64,000 nucleotides of DNA from a virus. The DNA lies in the IMG/VR virus record IMGVR_UViG_3300031963_000009; one strand, 5' to 3'. The notes below the pieces were generated by a model that saw only the letters and a list, made by a program, of their open reading frames with translations, did not search any database and was not told the DNA's origin. A program made the position numbers and the translations under genes. This document shows positions 29,484 through 39,382 of the stretch, piece after piece. Positions within the stretch are counted from its first letter, which is position 1, and every line of letters begins with the position of its first letter.

Positions 29484-30077
29484 ATGATGGATATTAAATA
29501 CTTAGATTTTATAGGGATGTACTCAGAAGTATATCCCGATGGATTTTGCAATCATGTAATTAATGAATTTGAAAAGTTAATAACTGCAGGACATTGTGGA
29601 AATCGTCAAGATAATGAAGGAGTGACAAAAACAAAAAAAGAAGATGTCTATTCTTTTTTAAACCTAAAAAATCACTTATTAAAACCCTTTAATGGTGTCC
29701 CAGTTGTCGATATTTTTTTTGAAGGTTTGCAAAAATGTTATGAAAGTTACACTGACCAATTTGACATTTTAAAAGGCATAAGTCTTAAATGTACTGCTAT
29801 AAAAATTCAAAAAACAGTTCCAGGTGCAGGTTATCATGTTTGGCATTGTGAACAGGGAAGCGATCTTGGCGCTGACAGATGTTTGGTTTATTCGTTATAT
29901 CTAAATGACATAGATGGTGCTGGGGAAACGGAATTCTTATATCAAAAACTAAGAATTGAACCAAAAGAAAATTGTATGATTATATGGCCAGCAGCATATA
30001 CTCATACACATCGAGGAAATGTTGTTCATGGCAATAAATCCAAATATATAATAACAGGTTGGTTTTATTTGGATTAA
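29484..30077 (+). CDS. 2OG-Fe(II) oxygenase
   Basis: YHVWHCE..YLND..GETEF..WPAAYTHTHRG..KYIITGW. Confidence 0.88.
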   Translation: MMDIKYLDFIGMYSEVYPDGFCNHVINEFEKLITAGHCGNRQDNEGVTKTKKEDVYSFLNLKNHLLKPFNGVPVVDIFFEGLQKCYESYTDQFDILKGISLKCTAIKIQKTVPGAGYHVWHCEQGSDLGADRCLVYSLYLNDIDGAGETEFLYQKLRIEPKENCMIIWPAAYTHTHRGNVVHGNKSKYIITGWFYLD

Positions 30078-30081
30078 AAAG

Positions 30082-31200
30082 ATGCCTATAACCAGAGACA
30101 TTTTCAGAGCAACAATGGAAGGTGGTGGAAGTGTAACTTTCATTGCTCCTGACACTTCAAATTTTGAAACTACCTGGACAACACCTGCGAAAATTTCAAA
30201 AGTTTCTGTTGAAGGTGAAGGTGGTGTTGGAAATCCAGGTGGTGAAGGAATTGCTGGATCTGGAGGAAATGCTGGTGTAGGTAATGATGGAAACGCAGGC
30301 CGCTGCGGTGGTGGCGGAGGTGGTGGTGGTGCATGTTCAACCGCAGGAGATTTTAGAACCCAAGATGGTGCCTCAGGAAATCCCGGTACTTTTCCTGGAG
30401 GAGGTGGAGGTGCTGGAGGAGCAAAACGAGCTTCACTAAGTTACGGTACTTCCCCTAGACCCTCAGCAACTGCCACTGCAGGTTCTTCTGGTGGTGGCGG
30501 TACAAATGGAAATCCAGGCACTACTACTTCTGCAGGTTCTGGTGGTTCTGGTGGTTTTGGTCCTAGTGGTAACCCAGGAAGAGCTAGTACTGTTTTTGGA
30601 ATATCCTTTCCAGGGGGAGCTGGAGGTTCTGGTGGATCCGGAAATAATGGTACTCCAGGAACTAATGGTGGGGCTGGTACTGGTGGAGCCGGTGGTTCTG
30701 GTGGTGGCGGCGGCGGAGCTGGAAGTATTAATGCTGGAACATTTACTTCGGCTAGTGGAAATACTAGTTTCGGTGGTCCTGGTGGATTGGGAGCAGGAGA
30801 CATATTTCCCGTAGTTTCATCCAGAACAGGAAATCCTGGAGGCAGTGGACCCGGAAGAACGGGTACAGGTTCTGCGACTGGTGGAGGAGGTGGAGGAGGC
30901 GGCTTCGCGGCCGACGGTCAACGTGGCGGCGATGGTGGTTCAGGTGGATCAGTAACCCCACCAACAAATGCTCCACAGATCAAATCTGCTGGCGGTGGAG
31001 GAGGTGGAGGAGGTGCTTCAAATCCAGGTAATGCAGGATTTGATGGTGATTTTGGAAATCCAGGAGATTCTAATCCCGGTAATGATGGAAGTCCAGCAAA
31101 TCCAACTACTGCAAGTGATATTGCAGTTACCCCTCTAACTAATTATCCAGTTTCTGTTGCTGCTGGTGGATACATAACAATCACTTGGGGTTCCCAATAA
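30082..31200 (+). CDS. glycine-rich fibre-associated protein
   Basis: extensive G-x-x / GGGGG repeats between globular termini. Confidence 0.75.
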   Translation: MPITRDIFRATMEGGGSVTFIAPDTSNFETTWTTPAKISKVSVEGEGGVGNPGGEGIAGSGGNAGVGNDGNAGRCGGGGGGGGACSTAGDFRTQDGASGNPGTFPGGGGGAGGAKRASLSYGTSPRPSATATAGSSGGGGTNGNPGTTTSAGSGGSGGFGPSGNPGRASTVFGISFPGGAGGSGGSGNNGTPGTNGGAGTGGAGGSGGGGGGAGSINAGTFTSASGNTSFGGPGGLGAGDIFPVVSSRTGNPGGSGPGRTGTGSATGGGGGGGGFAADGQRGGDGGSGGSVTPPTNAPQIKSAGGGGGGGGASNPGNAGFDGDFGNPGDSNPGNDGSPANPTTASDIAVTPLTNYPVSVAAGGYITITWGSQ

Positions 31201-31203
31201 ATA
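31197..31203 (+). promoter_or_regulatory. late promoter candidate
   Basis: ATAAATA 24 nt before the ATG at 31227. Confidence 0.55.
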
Positions 31204-31226
31204 GAAGTACTTACTGAAAATTAATT

Positions 31227-31679
31227 ATGGCACCTAAGAAAACATCAAAAACAAGACAGAAAATCCATCAACTTTATGAAGAAAACGAACTCGCAAATTT
31301 AGAGTCAAATAGAAATAGAGCGAGATCATTTTCAGTAGGAACAACCACTGGTGGAATCTTAGAAATAAGTATGAGAGGTGACTATTCTCATCTTTGGTAT
31401 ATACTCCAACCTGTAGAAGCTGTAGAGATAATTAACCAATTGGCAGCTGCAACTGGATTAGAAGTTGCGATGAGACCCAGACAAGATTTTGCCACTTGGA
31501 GAGGATGGGACACCGATACTCCAAATGGTGCTTTTTGGGTGGGAGCTGCTGCTTGGCAACTAAAGGAAGAAGATAGACTTAAAATAGAGGAAACGAAAAT
31601 GAAAAATATAAAATCAATTGAACCAGTAAATGAAAATGATGAAGTAAAAGAAGAAAGTGAAGTAAATGACGAAGAATGA
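31227..31679 (+). CDS. hypothetical protein
   Basis: 150-aa ORF coupled to the next gene. Confidence 0.7.
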   Translation: MAPKKTSKTRQKIHQLYEENELANLESNRNRARSFSVGTTTGGILEISMRGDYSHLWYILQPVEAVEIINQLAAATGLEVAMRPRQDFATWRGWDTDTPNGAFWVGAAAWQLKEEDRLKIEETKMKNIKSIEPVNENDEVKEESEVNDEE

Positions 31680-32223
31680 TTTTTATGTTTTAGTAGATAC
31701 TAATACGAAACAAATAATAAGTAAATTAGAACCACTCCCAGAATACTGGAAAAATATAGCTGGCCTAACCAATTTTTCTGAAGAAGAATTAAAGGACTTA
31801 AGTTGGAGTGGGAATCCAGGTTTAGGATGGATTAAAATAACTTCAGAATTATTGGAAGACTATAGTTCATCTCCAGAAAATTTAACTCTGAATAAAAATC
31901 ATTTTAAACAAATTATTTCCGATCATTTTGAATTAAAAAAGGAAATAGGTGTTACTTATAAAAATATAAGGTGTCCTGTTAATAAAACTACTATTTTTGA
32001 TTTAAATATTAAAAATTTACAAGCCGATCAAAGTCCAGAAAAAACATTTGTTTATAAGATAATAAACGATTATTATTCATTCCGTGCAGAAGAAATAAAA
32101 GAATTGTGTGATCTTATAAATCAACATGATATTGAATTATCACTATCAGAAATGAACATTTTTAAAGAAATTGAATCTTGTTCGACAGTACACGAGCTAT
32201 CTAAAATTAATTATGATCTCTGA
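31666..32223 (+). CDS. hypothetical protein, possible fibre-assembly chaperone (DUF4376-like)
   Basis: LPEYWKNIAGL..DLSW.G..GW N-terminus and helical C-terminus; fibre-locus context. Confidence 0.55.
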   Translation: MTKNDFYVLVDTNTKQIISKLEPLPEYWKNIAGLTNFSEEELKDLSWSGNPGLGWIKITSELLEDYSSSPENLTLNKNHFKQIISDHFELKKEIGVTYKNIRCPVNKTTIFDLNIKNLQADQSPEKTFVYKIINDYYSFRAEEIKELCDLINQHDIELSLSEMNIFKEIESCSTVHELSKINYDL

Positions 32224-32884
32224 CTTTTTTTCATATAAAAATTCTTTAGATGATATCTATCAATTCCAAGTATTATCTAACGGATCAACTAGTGGATATT
32301 GGTATTTAAATCCTAAAGAGACTGTAAGTTATTCAACAGAAGATAATATCTTTGGTCCTGAAGAAATAAGGGCAATTATCTTTATTTCAAAAAAACTAAA
32401 AAAACAATATGGAACTGTTGGATCCGACGAAAAAGAAATTGTTATTAAGAAAATAAGAACATCTTCAATATGTTGGATGCCAATGAACTGCAATACAGAT
32501 TGGATCTATAGAAGATTGACTGATTATGTCATTAATCACAACAAGACATATTTTGATTTTGATTTAACAAAAATAGAATCTTTACAATTTACAGAATATA
32601 GAGGAGAAGAAACTGGACATTATTCCAAACATGTAGATCCAATGTTTTGGAATATACCAGAAGATCGAAAATTGAGTTTCGTAGTTCAACTATCCGATCC
32701 TTCAACATATGAGGGAGGTGATTTATTATTATATTCTGGTATTTCTTCTGAACCAATAAAGATTGAAAAAAAGATAGGTAAAATAGTATTCTTTCCTTCC
32801 AATGTTTTACACGAAGTAACTCCAGTAACTAAAGGAACTCGACATACTCTAGTGGGTTGGGTTCATGGTCCCAAATTGAGGTAA
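32171..32884 (+). CDS. 2OG-Fe(II) oxygenase (PKHD/prolyl-hydroxylase-like)
   Basis: HYSKHVD..RKLSFVVQLSDP..YEGGDL..FPS..LHEVTPVTKGTR..LVGW; true start may be downstream. Confidence 0.9.
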   Translation: MNLVRQYTSYLKLIMISDFFSYKNSLDDIYQFQVLSNGSTSGYWYLNPKETVSYSTEDNIFGPEEIRAIIFISKKLKKQYGTVGSDEKEIVIKKIRTSSICWMPMNCNTDWIYRRLTDYVINHNKTYFDFDLTKIESLQFTEYRGEETGHYSKHVDPMFWNIPEDRKLSFVVQLSDPSTYEGGDLLLYSGISSEPIKIEKKIGKIVFFPSNVLHEVTPVTKGTRHTLVGWVHGPKLR

Positions 32885-32890
32885 TTTTCA

Positions 32891-33469
32891 ATGAGTTTTA
32901 GTAAAAATGGTTATTATATTATAGAAAATTTTCTTAATCATGATTTTTTAAAATTTATAGAACAATATTTTTATACAAGAATTAAATCTGGATTCAATGT
33001 CACCTATGGTGATGATCAAGCTCCAGGTAGTTGTTCATTTTATGGTGACCCTCTGATAGATACCATATTAGAAAATTCTAAAGAACATCTTTCTAAAGTA
33101 ACAAATAAAATTTTGTTACCAACCTATAGTTACACAAGATTTTATGGTAAAGATGATGAACTTATAATTCATAGAGATAGGCCATCATGTGAAATATCCG
33201 CTACACTATCACTAGCAATTCCCAATGGAGAAGAAATATCTCCAATTTACTTTAGTGAAAATGAAGATAAAAGTAATGCTGCAGAGATATTACTAAAACC
33301 AGGAGATTTATGTCTTTATAGAGGATGTGATTTATATCACTGGAGAGAACCATTCACTCAAAGATGGTATTTACAATCTTTCTTACATTATGTCGATGCA
33401 GAAGGGCCACATGCAAAAAACATTTATGACGGTAGACCCTACTTAGGGTGTCCTCCCAAAAAAGACTAA
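32891..33469 (+). CDS. 2OG-Fe(II) oxygenase-like protein
   Basis: HRDRPSCEISATL..LKPGD..YRGC..HWRE..FLHYV. Confidence 0.8.
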   Translation: MSFSKNGYYIIENFLNHDFLKFIEQYFYTRIKSGFNVTYGDDQAPGSCSFYGDPLIDTILENSKEHLSKVTNKILLPTYSYTRFYGKDDELIIHRDRPSCEISATLSLAIPNGEEISPIYFSENEDKSNAAEILLKPGDLCLYRGCDLYHWREPFTQRWYLQSFLHYVDAEGPHAKNIYDGRPYLGCPPKKD

Positions 33470-33501
33470 ATAAAGTGTCTGAGTTATTTTACCATTTAAA
33501 C

Positions 33502-33681
33502 ATGACCGAAGAAAAATCACAAAATATTGACGAAATGATTGCTGAGATCACCAAACAAATCGAAGATCTCAGAGAAGAACTGATTGAAACAGAAAGAACG
33601 TTCAATCTTAAAAAAGAACAGTTCATTAAACTTCAAGGAGCTCTAGAAGCTTTTGAAGTAGTAAAGACTAATAATCTTTGA
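33502..33681 (+). CDS. small coiled-coil protein (start revised to MTEEK)
   Basis: heptad pattern; CTAAATA at 33466-33472 upstream. Confidence 0.6.
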   Translation: MTEEKSQNIDEMIAEITKQIEDLREELIETERTFNLKKEQFIKLQGALEAFEVVKTNNL

Positions 33682-33713
33682 AACTGCACAGAGTTATTAT
33701 AACCGCAATTGAA

Positions 33714-33757
33714 GGGGCTAGTCAACATTGACAATAGCCCCTTTTATTTTGTATAAT
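33714..33757 (+). promoter_or_regulatory. overlapping hairpin terminator and sigma70 promoter
   Basis: GGGGCTA/TAGCCCC stem plus T-run; TTGACA(33728)-18 bp-TATAAT(33752). Confidence 0.65.
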
Positions 33758-33767
33758 TATTGGATTT

Positions 33768-34046
33768 ATGGACGAAAAAAAATTACCAGAATTAATTGAT
33801 GAAAATCAATATCCAGACTTTTGGGAACAAATAAAATCTTTTCAAGAGTTTGCTAAAGATGTGGGTCAAGGTGCTGCGTCTGGAAATGGATTTTTAGCGT
33901 CTAAAGAATTACAAGAAAAAAGAATTGAAATTTGTAATGAATGTCCAGATTACAACAAAGATCAAAAAAGATGTTACAAATGTGGATGTTTTATGGAACA
34001 TAAGATAAAATTTGCAAATGTAAAATGTCCAGCATCTAAGTGGTAA
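33768..34046 (+). CDS. small Cys-rich protein
   Basis: CNECP..CYKCGCFM..KCPASKW. Confidence 0.7.
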   Translation: MDEKKLPELIDENQYPDFWEQIKSFQEFAKDVGQGAASGNGFLASKELQEKRIEICNECPDYNKDQKRCYKCGCFMEHKIKFANVKCPASKW

Positions 34047-34047
34047 C

Positions 34048-35679
34048 ATGTGTGGTTTTGGTCTGGTATTATGTAAAAGAGATAAAATTGACTATGAGTT
34101 GATTCGTATTGCAGAAGATGATCTAGGTCTTCGTGGCCCATCTTCTGCGACTCACTATTTGAGTGAACAGGTTTATATGTATCAGTCAGTTCTTGCGATA
34201 CAAACTGAACCTAAACATGAAAAGTCAATTGCAAATCTACCAATAAATTACAAAGTTACGTTGTATAACGGTGAGATTTATGATGAGACAAAATACTCCA
34301 ATGACACAGATTACATTAAAAAAGAAGAGTTAGAAAAAATTCTACTCAACTGCGACGGAATGTTTTCTGTTGCGAATGTGGAAAAACATGGATCGTATTT
34401 CAACGTTGATGTTTATAGAGATGTGATTGGTGAAAAGAGGTGTTTTTACTACGATTCTCCTAGACTGTTTATCATATCCTCAACTCCATCTTTTATTAAG
34501 GATGTGTTGGAAAAATATGGAGTTCCAATTAGAGTTAATAAAGTTGCTTTAAAAGATTACTTTTTAACAAGACATTACATCTCAAATTCCACTTCAATTG
34601 AAGGAATTTATCAAGTACCGCCAGGCCATAAATTAACTTACAATAAACATTTAACTGTAGAAAGAGTTTGGTCTGGAAGAGATTATTTAAACACCGATCT
34701 AATATTTGAACTCAAGAATAAAAGTCAGCATGATTACACATTACAGGTAAATGAGTTATTGTTAAAAACTTTGCAAAAGATGCAAAAGTCTGTCCTTCCA
34801 CATGTAAAGGTGTATTCAGTAGTTTCTGGTGGTGTCGATTCTTCTATTGTTACTCATTTTTTAGAACAGGCTGGAGTGAATGTTGAACGTGCAATTACTC
34901 TGACATTTAACCAAAAGGATCCTGTAGCTTTATCATCAAATAGACTATTCAAGAATCTTTCGTCTTTACAACTACAGAGAAACATTGATATTGATGAGTA
35001 TTATGAATCTTACTTGGAATGTTTAAAGTTATGTTGTTCTCCGATTCCATCCCATGATTTCGCTTCTGCAAATATCATGTTTAGTATGGTCGAACCTGGA
35101 TCAATACTTTATGGAGGAGAAGGTGCGGATGAATTGTTTTTGGGATACAAATATTACGAAAGTTCAAATAAATCCCAATATACACTACCGATCAGAAATA
35201 ATTTTATTCTCTCATTTGAGAAAGAAATTGAAGAGGATTTTAATTATGTGAAAGACTTTTTTAAAAATCATGGATTTTCAGAAAGAGATTCTTCTATCAA
35301 AGCTTGTTCTTATGTAGATTTCTTTCATCAGATGCCTAATGCAACATTAATGTCAACAGATCTTATTGGATCAAGTCATGGTATTGAGTGTAGGACTCCC
35401 TTTACTCGTAAAGATATAGTAACTTTTGCTTTAAATTCTCCAGTTTCTTTACTTCTTGGTAAATCATCTTTAGTTAAACTATTTGAAACTTGCTTTAACA
35501 CAGTTCCGTTTGAAAAACGAGGTTTCTGTGGACATCCTAACGAGATGTTAAGGTACTTGCCTAACGGGCTCTGCAAGTCTTATAGTACTTTTGGTACGGA
35601 TAGGTTTGAATCCTCTGACAGAGATATTGCATGGAAGTATATCAATACTGAATTTTTCTTAAATAATGTAGCTGGATAA
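34048..35679 (+). CDS. asnB: asparagine synthase-like glutamine amidotransferase
   Basis: N-terminal MCG, RGP, YNGEIY, SGGVDSS PP-loop, GEGADELFLGY, IECRTPF. Confidence 0.88.
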   Translation: MCGFGLVLCKRDKIDYELIRIAEDDLGLRGPSSATHYLSEQVYMYQSVLAIQTEPKHEKSIANLPINYKVTLYNGEIYDETKYSNDTDYIKKEELEKILLNCDGMFSVANVEKHGSYFNVDVYRDVIGEKRCFYYDSPRLFIISSTPSFIKDVLEKYGVPIRVNKVALKDYFLTRHYISNSTSIEGIYQVPPGHKLTYNKHLTVERVWSGRDYLNTDLIFELKNKSQHDYTLQVNELLLKTLQKMQKSVLPHVKVYSVVSGGVDSSIVTHFLEQAGVNVERAITLTFNQKDPVALSSNRLFKNLSSLQLQRNIDIDEYYESYLECLKLCCSPIPSHDFASANIMFSMVEPGSILYGGEGADELFLGYKYYESSNKSQYTLPIRNNFILSFEKEIEEDFNYVKDFFKNHGFSERDSSIKACSYVDFFHQMPNATLMSTDLIGSSHGIECRTPFTRKDIVTFALNSPVSLLLGKSSLVKLFETCFNTVPFEKRGFCGHPNEMLRYLPNGLCKSYSTFGTDRFESSDRDIAWKYINTEFFLNNVAG

Positions 35680-35684
35680 GTAAC

Positions 35685-36086
35685 ATGGGGATGTTTGACT
35701 ATTTCAGATCATCATACGATCTTGGTAAAGAATTTACGAATGTAGTATGTCAAACCAAGGATATTGAAGATGGTTATGGTGGCACAATGACCGATTACTG
35801 GTTAGATCCCTCGGGAAAGTTGTGGTATCCAAGTTATAGTGGTTGTTATACGATGGAAATCTTTGAAGAAGATCATCCAAAGTATGATCCAAAACGTAAA
35901 TGGATGAACTTTGAATGGGTTCGCACTGGCAGTCGTGGTAAAGTAATTCTGTGTTATATTACCAAATATATTGAAGTGTATCCAGAAAATTGGAAAGGTG
36001 AGTGGGAAGACTGGCCAAGAATGAGATTACACTTTAAGTATGGAATCATACAAGATTTCGAAAATGTCACAGGGAAATACAAATGA
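35685..36086 (+). CDS. hypothetical phage protein
   Basis: 133 aa; coupled to neighbours. Confidence 0.7.
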   Translation: MGMFDYFRSSYDLGKEFTNVVCQTKDIEDGYGGTMTDYWLDPSGKLWYPSYSGCYTMEIFEEDHPKYDPKRKWMNFEWVRTGSRGKVILCYITKYIEVYPENWKGEWEDWPRMRLHFKYGIIQDFENVTGKYK

Positions 36087-36463
36087 AATACCTACTTTTC
36101 TTACTACTACTTACTCCAACGCAAGTGTATTCACAACAAGTAAACGATTATCAAACTTGTACAAAGTATCGTGAAGTTTACACTCCTGGTTACTATGATA
36201 GATATGGTAATTATGTACAAGGAAATGTTTCTACTCAGTCATACCAAGTCCCTTGCGGAAATGGACCCGTCAATTATCAGCCACGTAGAGTTGATAATTA
36301 TGGGAACAATTATTATCGCCGCGGTTACTGTAATCCTACTCAGGCGACCCTAGGCGCACTTCTAGGGGGTGGTGTGGGTGCTGCACTATCTAGAGGTGAT
36401 GGACGTTGGTGGGCGATCCCTGTAGGCGCTGCCGTAGGTGGTACAATTTTTGGATGTAACTAA
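36083..36463 (+). CDS. secreted/membrane protein with glycine-zipper motif
   Basis: signal-like N-terminus; LGALLGGGVGAAL..VGAAVGGTIFG. Confidence 0.7.
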   Translation: MKYLLFLLLLTPTQVYSQQVNDYQTCTKYREVYTPGYYDRYGNYVQGNVSTQSYQVPCGNGPVNYQPRRVDNYGNNYYRRGYCNPTQATLGALLGGGVGAALSRGDGRWWAIPVGAAVGGTIFGCN

Positions 36464-36465
36464 AA

Positions 36466-36738
36466 ATGAATTTAATTAATTTTAAACACCGTGAAGACTT
36501 TGGACACGAATGGTATGTTCAGGTTCTAAATGCAAAAGGTTGGAGTTTGCTTCAAGCATCTGTAAGTTGGAATGATTATCCTGGATGGCCTTACATCAAG
36601 ATTAGTTCTGGAACTGGTTCTACTTTGAGTATTATGTTCTGGGCATATAAGTTTGGTTTTGATATTGGTATTATTGAACGCACTTGGAAGTGGGATTACT
36701 TAGAGGAACTAGATGAAAACGAAACTGAACTGGATTGA
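36466..36738 (+). CDS. hypothetical protein
   Basis: coupled ORF array. Confidence 0.65.
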   Translation: MNLINFKHREDFGHEWYVQVLNAKGWSLLQASVSWNDYPGWPYIKISSGTGSTLSIMFWAYKFGFDIGIIERTWKWDYLEELDENETELD

Positions 36739-37051
36739 GTATTATTTCGGTCACTGCTTCCAGACTGGTTGGAGGGAGATGTGGAACAACTTCAAGATGT
36801 GGAGAGACCTCATTAGTGGAAATTATAAAGACTATGCCCTACTTTCAACTGATGACCCTTATGAAGAATGTTATCAATGGTTCTGGTGTAGTATCAATAT
36901 GGATGAAACTTATCCCAAAGAGTTTTTAGAATACTTGATGGAAATGTGTGATCGTATTGATCGTGGAGAAGAGAAATTGATTCCGTTGACTGAAGATTTT
37001 ATGGATGATTTGAAAAAAATGTTAGAAGAATCTAATGAAGAGGACACTTGA
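36713..37051 (+). CDS. hypothetical protein
   Basis: coupled ORF array. Confidence 0.65.
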   Translation: MKTKLNWIEYYFGHCFQTGWREMWNNFKMWRDLISGNYKDYALLSTDDPYEECYQWFWCSINMDETYPKEFLEYLMEMCDRIDRGEEKLIPLTEDFMDDLKKMLEESNEEDT

Positions 37052-37098
37052 GGAACTGTCCATCGACCCTTGACTTTTACAACCAGAATCTTTATAGT
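37042..37098 (+). promoter_or_regulatory. palindrome-type promoter cassette
   Basis: GGACACTT-GAGG-AACTGTCC; TTGACT(37070)-17 bp-TATAGT(37093). Confidence 0.8.
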
Positions 37099-37120
37099 AT
37101 GAATATACAAATCTAGATCA

Positions 37121-37678
37121 ATGACTTACAAAGCAACACTGAAAGTTCACTTTGATACTGAATGGACTCCTAGTTATGGTGGGTCTGGAATCTATGATGA
37201 TGAAACTCTTCCAGAGGAACATTATACCTTTGAGATTCCTTGTCATGACATCAATACCATTCAACTGTTCCGTTTCTTTGGAAATATTGCCCGAACAATG
37301 GGGCACTGTGAACAAGGTATTATGAAAGGAGCTTGTTCACTTGCATTTAATGATATGCGTGGTGAAGAAGAAATGCGTAAGGTTGCTGAAGAGTTTGATA
37401 TGAAACTTGCAGAAGATTATGCAAAAGAGTTTCGTAAGTTGGAAGATGAAATTTATGATCTGAAAGCTAAACTTTCTCGTCTCGAACAACCTGAGAATTC
37501 TCAATATACTGATGAAGAAATGGCAGCCATTACTCATCAGGAATGGAAAGGTCTTGTTCCTGGTAGCAATTCTGCTGTGATGAAGGGATGTAAGTGTCCT
37601 GTAATGGATAACGAAGAGATGCCTGAAGATCGTAAATGGGTAAATGGCGACTGCCCTCTACATGGTAAACAAAAATGA
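37121..37678 (+). CDS. hypothetical protein
   Basis: first ORF after the promoter; coiled-coil and Cys-rich C-terminus. Confidence 0.7.
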   Translation: MTYKATLKVHFDTEWTPSYGGSGIYDDETLPEEHYTFEIPCHDINTIQLFRFFGNIARTMGHCEQGIMKGACSLAFNDMRGEEEMRKVAEEFDMKLAEDYAKEFRKLEDEIYDLKAKLSRLEQPENSQYTDEEMAAITHQEWKGLVPGSNSAVMKGCKCPVMDNEEMPEDRKWVNGDCPLHGKQK

Positions 37679-37860
37679 AACCTAACTTTCGTAAAGTCCT
37701 TAGTATGGCCCTTGAAGAAGGTGTCAGGTATGGATACAATCGTGCCCACAAACATGTAGAGAATCCACACGAAGATGCAGTGGTTGATCTAGTGGTTGAG
37801 GGTGCAATGAACTCTATCTACGAATGGTTTGAATTTGAGGAGAATCATGTCTCTGATTGA
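37675..37860 (+). CDS. hypothetical protein
   Basis: ATGA-coupled. Confidence 0.65.
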   Translation: MKPNFRKVLSMALEEGVRYGYNRAHKHVENPHEDAVVDLVVEGAMNSIYEWFEFEENHVSD

Positions 37861-38194
37861 CACAATTAATCATTTCATTCAAGACCAAGAAGGACATCTT
37901 CAGTGTCTTGAATGGGATATTCGTGAAGAAACTAATCAAGAAGAACCACAACTTGATTGGTATTGTGAAGAGTATGACCTGTGTAAAGAACGCATAGAAC
38001 ATCTACAACAAATCAAATCTGAACTTGCTCGTCTTCAACGCTATGATGATGAACTTTCATCTGTAATGCCTGAGGACTACAAAGATTGGTGGCAGAACTC
38101 TAAGGAAGAGTGGCCTGAGGTTGCTAAAGGTTCTATTGAGAATCTACGTGAACGTGAAGAACTTGCTTGGAAACAACTGGAGGCACAACAATGA
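37847..38194 (+). CDS. hypothetical protein (start revised to MSLID)
   Basis: paralogous to 42702-42896. Confidence 0.65.
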   Translation: MSLIDTINHFIQDQEGHLQCLEWDIREETNQEEPQLDWYCEEYDLCKERIEHLQQIKSELARLQRYDDELSSVMPEDYKDWWQNSKEEWPEVAKGSIENLREREELAWKQLEAQQ

Positions 38195-38541
38195 GCGGCG
38201 GACACTTTAATGATTGTGGTTACGATTACTACAAGGTAGCACAGTTTGCTGATGAGTTGGAAGTAGAAATCCAAAACAACAACAAAAAACTGGATGAATA
38301 TGAGTATGCTCCCAATTTTTCACCAGAAACTATCAAGTATTTGAGGAAGCAACTTCGTCAGATGCGTAAGGTAGCAGAGATCATGAGGCATATTGATTAT
38401 CTGTATTCTGGTGATCATGGTGAAGATAGTTTTATGCATCGTGTAAAAGAAGTAGAGAAACACTGGGAGGAGATTGAAGAGATAGTTACACGCATGGATA
38501 ATCATCCAGATGGATGGAATGAAACTGGAGACGGTGTGTGA
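38191..38541 (+). CDS. hypothetical protein (start revised to MSGGHF)
   Basis: ATGA-coupled. Confidence 0.65.
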   Translation: MSGGHFNDCGYDYYKVAQFADELEVEIQNNNKKLDEYEYAPNFSPETIKYLRKQLRQMRKVAEIMRHIDYLYSGDHGEDSFMHRVKEVEKHWEEIEEIVTRMDNHPDGWNETGDGV

Positions 38542-38656
38542 AACTTCCATATGTGCTAAAATCGTGGTATTATCACATCACAGGATACTGGGAGAAGAAA
38601 CTACCACATCTGCCTGGTGCTAATTCTAAACAATTTTGGAACATTATTAACGGTAA

Positions 38657-38848
38657 TTGATTATGGTTGAGAAAGTAAAGTTTGTAACGGTCACTCGTGT
38701 GATTGATGACCGCAAAGGTATTCATTACCTGGATGCTATTGATGAGAATGGTATCCACTGGACTGCTGAATTGGATAACAAACAAGAGAAATGGTTAGTA
38801 TATACTAAACTATGGACTAGAGATCCTCAACATCCTTACGATTTATGA
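38657..38848 (+). CDS. hypothetical protein
   Basis: coupled ORF array. Confidence 0.6.
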   Translation: MIMVEKVKFVTVTRVIDDRKGIHYLDAIDENGIHWTAELDNKQEKWLVYTKLWTRDPQHPYDL

Positions 38849-39063
38849 AAAACTATCGTATCAAAAAAGTAACAGACGGACACTCAACCAGATATTATCC
38901 ACAACACAAAAGATATGGATTGTTTTGGTATAATCTATTTGTAGATGAATATAGGGATGGTGATTATTCTACATTTGAAGAAGCACAGTGGCACCTTTGC
39001 AACTATTTGAGAGAACCTGTGATAGAATATTTGTCCTTTGATTGTGATTGTGGAGAAAACTAA
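38845..39063 (+). CDS. hypothetical protein
   Basis: ATGA-coupled. Confidence 0.6.
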   Translation: MKNYRIKKVTDGHSTRYYPQHKRYGLFWYNLFVDEYRDGDYSTFEEAQWHLCNYLREPVIEYLSFDCDCGEN

Positions 39064-39163
39064 TGACTGAATGTGTGTCTGACCCAAAAACTTGGATTGA
39101 TGTGGCTCAACTAGCAGTTTTTATGGTTCCTGTCTCCATTTTTCTTTGGAGAGTATCACAATA

Positions 39164-39382
39164 ATGACCGACCTAAAACTCTGTAAGGATTGTAAGCACT
39201 ACAAGAAAGATTGGTTTGAGCATCTTACTGGTGGTGGAGACCGATTTGATATGTGCCTCAATCCAGTAGTGAGTGGCAATCTGGTGACTGGAAAAGTCAA
39301 AGGTGGTCGTTTTTGTGATATGATGAGATTGCCTTATGGTAGATGTGGTAATGAAGGTAAGTATTGGGAGGCACGGAAATAA
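39164..39382 (+). CDS. small Cys-rich protein (start revised to MTDLKLC)
   Basis: CKDCKHY..C..C..CG.EGKYWE. Confidence 0.6.
   Translation: MTDLKLCKDCKHYKKDWFEHLTGGGDRFDMCLNPVVSGNLVTGKVKGGRFCDMMRLPYGRCGNEGKYWEARK

Noticed and set aside
24353-31000. Multiple antisense and alternative-frame ORFs in the fibre and Gly-rich genes
   Set aside because: Low-complexity GGT/GGA and ACT repeats suppress stop codons in other frames
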